Positions 49,011-61,337 of a stretch of DNA of 64,000 nucleotides are shown piece by piece; positions within the stretch are counted from its first letter, which is position 1, and each line of letters starts with the position of its first letter. The translations under genes were made by a program, and so were the position numbers. The notes below the pieces were generated by a model. The model had not been told where the DNA came from and did no database searches. It saw only the letters and a list, made by a program, of their open reading frames with translations. This stretch comes from Gnetum montanum. Taxonomy: Eukaryota; Plantae; Gnetophyta. The stretch covers positions 275,311 through 339,310 of the forward strand of contig MNCI01001978.1 in the NCBI GenBank assembly GCA_015680685.1. The letters are read 5' to 3'.

Positions 49011-49806
49011 GCATGATGCAAGGCACTCTCAGGGAGGGCATTCTCAAGGAGAACACTCTCAGAAGGGCCGCTCTAACGAAAGGTGCTCATGAAGAACGTT
49101 GCTAAGGAGGACGCTATCAAGAAGGGCATCCTTAGGGAGATCCTTTTGAGGGAGGTCGTCCTCATGGAGGGCACTCTTAAAAAGGGTGCTCTCAATGACA
49201 ACACTCTCAAAGAGAACACTCACACGAGGGAGCTAGACACTCTCAAGGAGAATGCTCTCGTGGAGGCTGCTCTTAGGAAGAATGATCTTGAGGAGGAATC
49301 TCTTTGACAGAACGCTCTCAATGAAGGCACTCCTAGGAGAACACTCCAGCTGAGGAACATCTCTAGGAGAACACTCTTTGGAAGGGTGCTCTAACAGAGG
49401 GTGCTGTCAAGGAAAACACCCTCAAGGAGGGCATCCCCAGCAAGTCAGATGTCAAGAAGGAAATTCTAATGAAGGGTAATCTCCATGAGAATTCTCTCAA
49501 CAAGGGCGTCCCTAGCGACACCAATCTCAAGGAGGGTGTTCTAATGGAGGTAGCTCTCCAAGAGAACAATCTCAATAATGATGCTCTCACTGAGAACACT
49601 CTCACGTGCATAACGAAAAGTGATCTCAAGGAGGCCGCTCCAAGGAGAACACTCTCAACGGGGGTGCTACAAGGAGACCACTCTCAATGAGGGCACTCCA
49701 GGAAGAATGCTCATGATGAGAGCATCCTCAGGGAGACCGCTCTTGATGAGGGCACTCTCAATGAGGGCACTCCAGGGAGAATGCTCCCGATGAAGGTGTC
49801 CTCAAG
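49011..49806. repeat. 15-bp IGS repeat
   Basis: Same 15-nt periodic motif. Confidence 0.85.
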
Positions 49807-49811
49807 GAGAC

Positions 49812-52800
49812 TGAAACACCGTGAAAATTACAGGTCGGCCTCAGGCGAAGATTCGTAATTTGAGTGAGAACGCGCCTCGAATTTATCTAAGGACAAGTTT
49901 TACGCTCTACCACGCACGGCAGCTCGATGAGCGTAATAGGCTCCAGGACAGTTAGAGACAAATTTTGTCTAAGGACAAGTTTACGCTCCACCACACACGG
50001 CAGCGTGATGAGCATAATAAGCTCCAAAACAGAGGCAAAATCCAAAAAGGTACGACGAGTTGGCACTTTCTCTTACGGCGCATACATAAGTGTCCTTTAC
50101 GCTCGTTACGCGGCGGTGCGTACCAGTGCGTGGGTCATGATTCAAGTTGCACGCTCCTTACGCTCCACCACGCTCCACTGTGTGATAAGCGTAAGTTATG
50201 CATTATTTACGCTTTATCACGCGCAGTTGTGTGATGAACGTAAGTTGTACTTTGTTTACGCTTCACCACGCACGGTTGCGTAGTGAGCGTACGTTACATT
50301 TACGCTTTGCTACGCACAACTGCGTGGTGAGCGTAAAAACGATCTTGAATTCATTGTTTTTACGTCGCTCACACACGCAACACAAAGCGAATGAGCGCAA
50401 ACGCAGCCGAGACACACCTATCATGGTCCTGATCTTTACACGCACAGCACGCAATTACACGCATAGCACGCAAAAAAGCGTGTTGTGCGTAGTCGCAGTC
50501 CAACTTAAAAGAATCACGCCAACAGGATCCGCGACATTCGGGCCCACATCATCAGGGTTGCGCGTGTCGTGGCCTATAAATACCCCGCCTAACAAATACA
50601 CAAAAAAGGGGGATTTTTCGAAGGGGGAAGAGCAAGTTAACAAGTTAACAAACCAGAGCACTAGAGCACTTATCGCTTTTTGTTGGCAGCAGATCAAGAG
50701 GACAAGAGCATTTTCTGAACAAGGGAATACTTATCGCCTTGAACGGAGAAACAAGAGCAACCTCTTGGTAATCGCTGCAAACATTACCCTTTAGCAGAAA
50801 TAGAACGCAGCACGCCTGAGTCCTAACAGCAGATCTACCCGAAGCAAAGAAGCAGAACGGGAATTGCAGAGTCGTCTCGCCCAGTTAGCAGGTTCTGTCG
50901 TTCAAAAGATCGACGGACTTCAGAGCTTGATCATTCCTGCACCTAAGCTTTGGGCCTACAAGGTAGATCAGATTTCTATCCAGACAGTTTTCTTGTTGTT
51001 TTGTGCTCATTTTGTATCCAGTTGTTGGGGGCTTTCTCCCATTGTAACGTAATATACACGGAAGCATACATCCGATCCAGCATTGAAACATAGATCTTTG
51101 ATCTTTGCAAAATCCACTTGTTTTTCTCTCCCGATTGGCATCTTTATGGTGTTTTAGCGTTATCTTCGTAGCGATTTATCTACGTCGTTGTCTCCCCNNN
51201 NNNNNNNNNNNNNNNNNNNNNNNNNNNNNNNNNNNNNNNNNNNNNNNNNNNNNNNNNNNNNNNNNNNNNNNNNNNNNNNNNNNNNNNNNNNNNNNNNNNN
51301 NNNNNNNNNNNNNNNNNNNNNNNNNNNNNNNNNNNNNNNNNNNNNNNNNNNNNNNNNNNNNNNNNNNNNNNNNNNNNNNNNNNNNNNNNNNNNNNNNNNN
51401 NNNNNNNNNNNNNNNNNNNNNNNNNNNNNNNNNNNNNNNNNNNNNNNNNNNNNNNNNNNNNNNNNNNNNNNNNNNNNNNNNNNNNNNNNNNNNNNNNNNN
51501 NNNNNNNNNNNNNNNNNNNNNNNNNNNNNNNNNNNNNNNNNNNNNNNNNNNNNNNNNNNNNNNNNNNNNNNNNNNNNNNNNNNNNNNNNNNNNNNNNNNN
51601 NNNNNNNNNNNNNNNNNNNNNNNNNNNNNNNNNNNNNNNNNNNNNNNNNNNNNNNNNNNNNNNNNNNNNNNNNNNNNNNNNNNNNNNNNNNNNNNNNNNN
51701 NNNNNNNNNNNNNNNNNNNNNNNNNNNNNNNNNNNNNNNNNNNNNNNNNNNNNNNNNNNNNNNNNNNNNNNNNNNNNNNNNNNNNNNNNNNNNNNNNNNN
51801 NNNNNNNNNNNNNNNNNNNNNNNNNNNNNNNNNNNNNNNNNNNNNNNNNNNNNNNNNNNNNNNNNNNNNNNNNNNNNNNNNNNNNNNNNNNNNNNNNNNN
51901 NNNNNNNNNNNNNNNNNNNNNNNNNNNNNNNNNNNNNNNNNNNNNNNNNNNNNNNNNNNNNNNNNNNNNNNNNNNNNNNNNNNNNNNNNNNNNNNNNNNN
52001 NNNNNNNNNNNNNNNNNNNNNNAGTTATATCCTTCCTCTCATACTCGCCAGCCTTCCTTTTACGTAAACAGAGCAAAACCTGAGTAGACATGGATGAACG
52101 TTGTTCTTGCTTCTACCAATCCGGTGTTTCGCATTCTTTGTCGACGTTTTTCGGGTAAGCCCTCTAACCGTCAACAAAGAGGGGCCATTGAAACACCGTG
52201 AAAATTACGGGTCGGCCTCAGGCGAAGATTCGTAATTTGAGCGAGAACGCGCCTCGAATTTATCTAAGAACAAGTTTTACGCTCTACCACGCACGGCAGC
52301 GTGATGAGCGTAATAGGCTCCAGGACAGTTAGAGGCGAATTTTGTCTAAGGACAAGTTTACGCTCCACCATGCACGGCAGCGTGATGAGCGTAATAAGCT
52401 CCAAAATAGAGGCAAAATCCAGAAAGGTACGACGAGTTGGCACTTTCTCTTGCGGCGCATACATAAGTGGCCTTTACGCTCGTTATGCGGCGGTGCGTAC
52501 CAGTGCGTGGGTCATGATTCAAGTTGCACGCTCCTTACGCTCCACCACGCTCCGCTGCGTGATAAGCATAAGTTATGCATTATTTACGCTTTATCACACG
52601 CAGTTGTGTGATGAACGTAAGTTGTACTTTGTTTACGCTTCACCATGCACGGTTGCGTAGTGAGCGTACGTTACATTTACGCTTTGCTATGCACAGCTGC
52701 GTGGTGAGCGTAAAAACGATCTTGAATTCATTGTTTTTACGTCAGTGCGCTCACACACGCAACACAAAGCGAATGAGCGCAAACGCAGCCGAGACACACC

Positions 52801-53798
52801 TATCATGGTCCTGATCTTTACACGCACAGCACGCAATTACACACACAACATGCAAAAAAGCGTGTTGTGCGTAGTCGCAGTCCGACTTAAAAGAATCACG
52901 CCAACAGGATCCGCGACATTCGGGCCCACATCATCAGGGTTGCGCGTGTCGCGGCCTATAAATACCCCGCCTAACAAATACACCAAAAAAGGGGGATTTT
53001 TCGAAGGGGGAAGAGCAAGTTAACAAGTTAACAAACCAGAGCACCAGAGCACTTATCGCTTTTTGTTGGCAGCAGATCAAGAGGACAAGAGCATTTTCTG
53101 AACAAGGAAATACTTATTGCCTTGAATGGAGAAACAAGAGCAACCTCTTGGTAATCGCTGCAAACATTACCCTTTAGCAGAAACAGAACGCAGCACGCCT
53201 GAGTCCTAACAGCAGATCTACCTGAAGCAAAGAAGCAGAACGGGAATTACAGAGTCGTCTCGCCCAGTTAGCAGGTTCTGTCGTTCAAAAGATTGACGGA
53301 CTTCAGAGCTTGACCATTCCTGCACCTAAGCTTTGGGCCTACAAGGTAGATCAGATTTCTGGCTAGACAGTTTTCTTGTTGTTTTGTGCTCATTTTGTAT
53401 CCAGTTGTTGGGGGCTTTCTCCCATTGTAACGTAATATACACGGAAGCATACATCCGATCCAGCATTGAAACATAGATCTTTGATCTTTGCAAAATCCAC
53501 TTGTTTTTCTCTCCCGATTGGCATCTTTCTGGTGTTTTAGCGTTATCTTCGTAGCGATTTATCTACGTCGTTGTCTCCCCATTTTACGATCTTTCGCAAC
53601 AAATCACATCACGCAAACAAAAAAATCCGTAATCGTCACCACTTTTACTGACCCGTAAGTCCCTGTCTGATCGACAAGACCGTTCAGGGCACCGCGGATT
53701 TGTTTTTCTAGCTTAGCCCTCACGCGGATCCGTGGTTAAAGCTGTGTACATGGAATTTCAATCGGTATTTCCAGCTGTCGACGTTTTCCGTCGTTACA
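49812..53798 (+). mobile_element. Second LTR retrotransposon (Tat-related termini); internal region mostly in an N gap
   Basis: LTRs begin TGAAACACC at 49812 and 52189, and the 3' LTR ends TTACA at 53798 (1610 bp). TSD GAGAC at 49807-49811 and 53799-53803. PPT AACAAAGAGGGGCCAT before 52189. TATAAATA at 50575 and 52957. The LTRs differ by only a few percent. Confidence 0.93.
51198..52022. other. Assembly gap (825 N)
   Basis: Run of N. Confidence 1.
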
Positions 53799-56700
53799 GA
53801 GACCACTCTCAAGGAGGGTTTTCTCAATGAGGGCACTCCAAGGAGAATGCTATTGATGAGGGTGCTCTCAATGAGGGCACTCCAAGGAGAACGCTCTCAA
53901 CGAGGGTGCTCCAGGGAGATCGTTGTCAATGAGGGTGGTCCAGGGAGAACGCTCCAGATGAGGGCATCCTCAAGGAGACCACTGTAAAGGAGGGCATTCT
54001 TAGGGAGGGTGCTCTTAGAAAGTCCACTCTCAAGGAGATCGCTCCCAATGAGGGCACTCTCAACGAGGTCTGCTCTCAAGGAGATCACTCCCAATGAGGG
54101 CATCCTTGGGGAGACCGCTCTCCATGAGGGTGCTCTCAACGAGGGCACTCTAGATGAATGCTCCTGATGAGGGCATCCTCAAGGAGACCACTCTCAAGGA
54201 GGGCCATTCTCAGGGAGGGTGCTTAGGAAAACTACTCTTGAGGAGACCGCTCCCAATGAGAGTGATCTTAGAGAGATCACTCTCAAGGAGGGCGTTCCCC
54301 AGGGAGACCACTCTGAACGAGGGTGCTTGAGCAAGAATGCTCTCGATGAGGACGTCCTTAGGGAGACCGCTCTCAAGAAGGGTGTTCTCAGGGGGGCACT
54401 ATTAGGAAAGGTGCTCTCCAAAACAATGCTCTCAAGGTGAAAACTTTCACGTGTGTAACACAAGGTGCTCACATGGAAAATTCTCTAAATGAGAATGCTC
54501 TCACGGAGAATGCTCTAATGGAGGATGCCCTCAGGGAGAATGCTCTCAGCAAGAAAACTCTCAAGGATGACACTCTTCGATAGAACACTCTCAACGAGGG
54601 CACTCCAGGGAGAATGCTCACGATGAGGGTGTTATCAAGAAGAATGCTCTTCAAATGGCCGATCAAATGAAGATCACTCCCGATGAGGGCGATCTCAATG
54701 GGGACGCTCTTGAGAAGGCCAAACTCACATAGAACGCTCTTAAGGAGAACACTCTCAAAGAGGGCCTCCCCAGCAACACCGATCTCAAGGAGGATGTTCT
54801 AATGGAGGTACCTCTCCAAGAGAACAATCTCAACAATGGCACTCTCGTAGAGAACACTCTCACGTGTATAACAAAAAGTGATCTCAAGGAGGTTGTTGCA
54901 TGGAGAACAATCCCAATGAAGGTGCTCTTGGGAGATCGCTCTCAATGAGGGTGGTCGAGGGAGAACGGTCCCAATGAGGGCATACTCAGGGAGACCACTC
55001 TCCATGAGGGCACTCTCAAGGAGGGCACTCCAGGGAGAATGCGCCCGATGAGGTAGTCATCAAGCAGACTGCTCTCAAGGAGAGCCATTCTCAGGGAGGA
55101 TGCTCTTAGGAAGAGCGCTCTCTAGGAGATCACTCCCAATGAGAGTGATCTCAGAGAGACCACTCTCAAGAAGGGTGTTCTCCAATGAGACTGCTCTCAA
55201 TGAGGGTGCTCCAGGAAGAACGTTCTTGATGAGGACGTCCTCAAGGAGATCACTCTCAAGAAAGGCATTCTCAAGGAGGGCACTTTTAGGAAAGGTGCTC
55301 TCAGAAACAATGCTCCCAAGGTGAAAAATCTCATGTGTGTAACGCAAGGTGCTCACATGGAGAACGCTCTAATGGAGACTGCTCTAACAGAGGATGCCCT
55401 CAGGGAGAATGCTCTCACAAAGATTACTCTAACGGATGCCCTCAGGAAGACTGCTCTTGCTAAGAACACTCTCAAGGATGGCACTCTTCAACAGAATGCT
55501 CTCAACGAGGGCACTCTAGGGAGAACGCTCATGATGAGGGTGCACTAGGGAGACTGCTCTCAGGGAGGCCCGTTGTCATGGAGGGTGCTCTTAGGAAGAC
55601 CGCTCTCCAGGAAACCACTCCCAATCATAGCGATCTTAGAGAGACCGCTCTCAAGGAGGGCATTCTCTAGGGAGACCACTTTGGATGAGGGTCCTCCAGG
55701 GAGAACACTCTCGATGAGGATGTCCTCAGGAAGACCAATCTCAAGAAGGGCATTCTCAGGGAGGGCACTCTCAGGAAAGGTGCTCTCTGAAACAACACTC
55801 TCAAGGTGAAAACTCTTACATGTGTAATGCAAGGTGCTCATATGGAGAACGCTCTAAATGAGAATTTTCTCATAGGGACTACTGTAATGGAGGATGCCCT
55901 CAGGGAGAATGCTCTCAAGGACTGCACTCTTCGACAGAATGCTCTCAACGAGGACACTCCAAGGAGAACACTCATGATGAGGGTACAATCAAGAAGAATG
56001 CTCTTCAGATGGCCACTCAAATGAAGACCGCTCATGATGAGGGCGCTCTCAATGAGGATGCTCTCGAGGAGGCCAAACTCATGTAGAATACTCTTAAGGA
56101 GGACACTCTCAAAGAGGGCGTCCCTAGCGACACCGATCTCAAGGAGGGTGTTCTAATGGAGGTAGCTCTACAAGAGAATAATCTCAACAATGGTGCTCTC
56201 ATAGAGAACACTCTCATGTGTATAATGAAAAGTGATCTCAAGGAGGTCACTCCACTAACAACGCTCCTAATGACGGCGCTCTAGGGAGACCGCTCTCAAT
56301 AAGGGCGGTCCAGGGAGAAACGTCCCAATGAGGGCATCCTTAGGGAGACTGCTCTCCATGAGGAAGCTCTCAATGAGGGTGCTTCAAAGGAACACTCCTG
56401 ACGAGCATGTCCTCAGGGGGACCGCTCTGAAGGAGGGACATTCTCAGGGAGGGCACTCTTAGGAAGACCACTCTCTAGGAGACCACTCCCAATGAGAGCA
56501 ATCTCAGAGAGACCGCTCTCAAGGAGGGCATTCCCTAGGGAGACCACACTAAACGAGGGCACTCCAGGAAGAATGCTCTCAATGAGAACATCCTTAGGGA
56601 GACCACTCTCAAGAAGGGCATTCTCAAGGAGGGAACTGTTAGGAAAGGTGCTCTTTGAAACAACACTCTCAAGGTGAAAACTCTCACGTGCATAACACAA

Positions 56701-58379
56701 GGTGCTCACATGGAGAACTCTCTAAATGAGAGCACTCTCACAGAGAATGCCCTAATAGAGGATGCCCTCAGGGAGAACACCCTTGGCAAGAATGCTCTCA
56801 AGGATAGCACTCTTCAACAGAATGCTTTCAACGAGGGCACTCAAGGGAGAAACGCTCATGATGAGGGCGCTGTCAAGAAGAAGGCTCTTTAGATGGCCGC
56901 TCAAACGAAGACTGCTCCCAATGAGGATGCTCTCAATGAGGACACTCTTGAGGAGGACAAACTCACATAGAATGATCTTAAGGAGGAAGCTCTCAAACAG
57001 GGCATCCCCAGTAACACCGATCTGAAGGAGGGTGTTCTAATGGAGGTAGCTCTCCAAGATAACAATCTCAACAATGGCGCTCTCGCAGAGAAAACTCTCA
57101 TGTGTATAATGAAAAGTGATCTTAAGGAGGTCGCTCCAAGGAGAACGCTCCCAACGACGGCACTACAGGGAGGCCACTCTCAACAAGGCAGTCCAGGAAG
57201 AATGGTCCTGATAAGGGTGTCCTCAAGGAGACCGCTCTCCATTAGGGTGCTCTCAACAAGGGCACTCTAGGGAAAATGCTCCCGATGAGGTAGTCCTCAA
57301 GGGGACTGCTCTCAAGGAGAGCCATTCTTAGGGAGGGTGCTATTAGGAAGACTGCTCTCCAGGAGATCGCTTCGGATGAGAGTAAACTCAGAGATACCAC
57401 TCTCAAGGAGGGCATTCTCCAGGGAGACCACTCTCAATGAGGACGCTCCAGGGAGAATGCTCTCGATGAGGTCATCCTCAGGGAGACCGCTCTCCATGAG
57501 GGTGCTCTCAATGAGGGCACTCCAGGGAGAACACTCCCAATGAAGGTGTCCTCAATGAGATCACTCTCAAGGAGGGCATTCTCCAGGGAGACCACTCTCA
57601 ATGAGGACGCTCCAGGGAGAATGCTCTCGATGAGGTCATCCTCAGGGAGACCGCTCTCCATGAGGGTGCTCTCAATGAGGGCACTTCAGGGAGAACACTC
57701 CCAATGAAGGTGTCCTCAATGAGATCACTCTCNCAGGGAGAACACTCCCAATGAAGGTGTCCTCAATGAGATCACTCTCAAGGAGGGCATTCTTAGGGAG
57801 GGAGTTCTTAGGAAGATTGCTCTCAAGGAAAATTCTCCTGATGAGGGCGATCTCAGGGAGACTGCTTTCAAGGAGGACATTCTCCAAAGATACCACTCTA
57901 AATGAGGACGCTCCAGGGAGAATGCTCTCGATGAGGTCATCCTCAGGGAGATCGCTCTTAATAAGGACGTTCTCAAGGAGGTCACTCTTAGGAAAGGTGC
58001 TCTCTGAAACAACCCTCCCAAGGTGAAAACTCTCATGTGCATAACGCAAGGTGCTCACATGGAGAACGCTCTCATGAAGACTGCTCTAACGAAGGATGCC
58101 CTCAGGAAGAACGCTCTCGGCAAGAACACTCTCAAGGATAGCACTCTTTGACAGAAAGCTCTCAACGAGGGCACTCCAAGGAGAACGCTCGTGATGAGGG
58201 CACTCTAAAGAAGAACGCTCTTTAGATGGCATTCTCAGGGATGGCGCTCTTAAGAAGGGTGTCCTCAAGGAGAGCGTTCTCAGCTTCTCAAGTGTGCGAT
58301 ATCATGGGCAGGGCAAGGCATCCCTGGGGGAGAAACCCACGTATCTCTCTATCACTACCATCGGTCATCAACTCTACCT

Positions 58380-58390
58380 CCTCCTATATA
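58380..58390 (-). promoter_or_regulatory. Spacer Pol I promoter motif (1 mismatch)
   Basis: CCTCCTATATA in a promoter-block copy (about 58293-58450). Confidence 0.72.
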
Positions 58391-61326
58391 TGTTGATTGG
58401 ACCAGTTTTAGCCATACCGTCCTGCACCCTTATAAATTTGGTCATGAAGGACAAGCTCAATGAGAGCGCTCTCCCTAAGAGCACTCTCACATGAATAGCG
58501 CAAGGTGCTCTTGGGAAGGGCATTCTCAAGGAGAATGCTCTCCAAAAGCGAGCTCTAATCAAGGGTGCTCTTAGGGAGGGCGCTATGATGGAGAACATTC
58601 TTAAGGAGGAGCCTATCAAGGAGGCCATCCTCAAGGAGACCGCTCCCAAGGAGGGCGGTCTCGGGGAGGGCACTCTTAGGAAGAGCGATCTCAAGGAGAC
58701 CGCTATCAAGGAGGGTGTTCTCTTGGGAAACTGTTCTCAACCAAGGTGCTCTAGGGAGAATGCTCCTGATGAGGGCATCCTCAAGGAGACTGCTCTCAAG
58801 GAGGGAATTCTCAGGGAGGGCACTCTTAGGAAGATCACTCTCAAGGGCACAGCTCCCGATGAGGGCCCTCTCCACGAGGGTGCTCTAGGGGAACACTCTT
58901 GACTAGGGCATCTGTAGGGAGACCGCTCTCAAGGAGGACCATCTCATGAAGGGCACCCTTAGGAAGACCACTCTCTAGGAGACCACTCCTGATGGGAGCA
59001 ATCTCAGAGAGACCACTCTTAAGGACGACATTCTCTAGAGAGACCGCTCTGGATGAGGGTGCTCCAGGGAGAACACTCTCGATGAGGATGTCCTCAGGGA
59101 GACTACTCTCAAGAAGGACGTTCTCAGGGAGGGCACTCATAGGAAAGGTGCTCTCCAAAAGAACACTCTCAAGGTGAAAACTCTCACGTGCATAACGCAA
59201 GGTGCTCACATGGAGAACGCTCTAAATGAGAATGCTCTCACAGAGACTACTCTAACGAAGGATGCCCTCAGGGGGAATGCTCTTAGCAAGAACACTCTCA
59301 AGGATGGCACTCTTTGATAGAATGCCTTAAATGAGGGCACCCCAGGGAGAACACTCATGATGAGGGTGTTATCAAGAAGAACGCTCTTTAGATGGCTGCT
59401 CAAATGAAGACCACTCCCGATGAGGGCGCTCTCAATGAGGACTCTCTCGAGGAGGTTAAACTCATGTAGAACACTCTTAAGGAGGACACTCTCAAAAAGG
59501 GCATCCCCAGCGACACTGATCTCAAGGAGGATGTTCTAATGGAGTTATCTCTCCAAGAGAACAATCTCAACAATGGCGATCTCGTAGAGAACACTCTCAT
59601 GTCTATAACAAAAAGTGATCTCAAGGAGGTCACTCCACTGACAATGCTTCCAATGATGGTGCTCCAGGGAGATTGCTCTCAACAAGGGTAGTCTAGGGAG
59701 AACAAACCGATGAGGGCATCCTTAGGGAGACTACTCTGCATGAGGGCACTCTCAACAAGGGTGCTCCAGAGGAATGCTCCTGACGAGGGTGTCCTCAGGG
59801 GGACCGCTCTCAAGGAGGGCCGTTCTCAAGGAGGATGCTCTTAGGAAGACTGCTCTCTAGGAGACCGCTCCCGATGAGAACGATCTCAGAGAGACTGCTC
59901 TCAAGGAGGTAATTCCCCAGGGAGACCACACTAAATGAGGGCACTCTAGGGAGAATGCTCTCGACGATGATGTCCTCAAGGAGACCGCTCTCAAGAAGGG
60001 CGTTCTTAGGGAGGGCACTCTTAGAAAAGGTGCTCTCCAAAACAATGCTCTCAAGGTGAAAAATCTCACGTGCGTAACACAAGGTGCTCACATGGAGAAT
60101 TCTCTAAATGAGAACACTCTCACAGAGACTGCTCTAATGGAGGATGCCCTTAGGAAGAATTCTCTTAGCAAGAACGCTCTCAAGAATAGCACTCTTCAAC
60201 AGAACGCTCTAAATGAGGCCACTCAAGGGAGAACGCTCACGATGAGGGCACTATCAAGAAGAATGCTCTTCAGATGGCCGCTCAAACGAAGACCACTCCC
60301 GATGAGGGCACTCTCAATGATGATGCTCTTGAGGAGGCTGATCTCATGTAGAATGCTCTGAAGGAGGACACTCTCAAAGAGGGCATCCACAGTGACACCG
60401 ATCTCAAGGAGGGTGTTCTAATGGAAGTAGCTCTCCAAGATAACAATCTCAACAATGATGCTCTTGCAGAGAACACTCTCCCTTGCATAACGAAAAGTGA
60501 TCTCAAGGAGGTCGCTCTAGGGAGAACGCTCCCAATGATGGTGCTCCAAGAAGACTACTCTCAACGAGGATGGTCTAGGGAGAATTCTCCCGATGAGGGC
60601 ATCCTCAGGAAGACCGCTCTCCATGAGAGTGCTCTCAACGAGGGCACTCCAGAGAGAACACTCTCGATGAAGGCATCCTCAGGGAGATTGCTCTCAAGGA
60701 GGGCATTCTTAGGAAGACCACTCTCAAGGAAAACACTCCCAATGAGGGTGATCTCAGGGAGAGCACTCTCAAGGAGGGAATTCTCCAAAGAGACCACTCT
60801 CAACGAGGGTGCTCTTGATGAGGACGTCCTTAGGGAGACTTATCTCAAGAAGGGCATTCTCAAGGAGGTCACTCTTAGGAAAGGTACTCTCCAAAACAAT
60901 TCTCCCAAGGTAAAAACTCTCACATGCGTAATGCAAGGTGTTCACATGGAAAACGCTCTCATGGAAACTGCTCTAACGGATGATGCCCTCAGGAAGAACA
61001 CTCTCAAGGATGGCACTCTTCACTAGAACACTCTCATGGAGAGTTCTCTAACAAAGGATGCCCTCAGGAAGAACACTCTCAAGGAAGAAAATCTTCACCA
61101 AAATGCTCTCAACGAGGGCACTCCAGAGAGAATGCTCGCGATGAGGGCACTCTCAAGAAGAATGCTCTTCAAATGGCGTTCTCAGGGAGGGCACTCTCAA
61201 GAAGGGCATTTTCAAGGAGGGCATTCTCAGGTTCTCAAGTGTGCGATATCGTGGGCAGGGCAAGGCATCCTTGGGGGAGAAACCCATGTATCACTCTTTC
61301 ACTACCACCGGTCATCAACTCTACCT

Positions 61327-61337
61327 CCCCCTATATA
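61327..61337 (-). promoter_or_regulatory. Spacer Pol I promoter motif
   Basis: CCCCCTATATA in a promoter-block copy (about 61240-61398). Confidence 0.8.

Noticed and set aside
51105-52091. ~300-aa ORFs across the N run
   Set aside because: Composed of X from the assembly gap.
49927-53474. ORFs inside the element 2 LTRs
   Set aside because: Low-complexity LTR sequence, with frames broken between the two LTR copies and no domain similarity.
57400-57780. Near-identical 165-bp tandem duplication plus a 46-bp repeat around the single N at 57733
   Set aside because: Identity far above the array background and adjacent to a contig join, so probably an assembly overlap artefact. Reads would be needed to rescue it.
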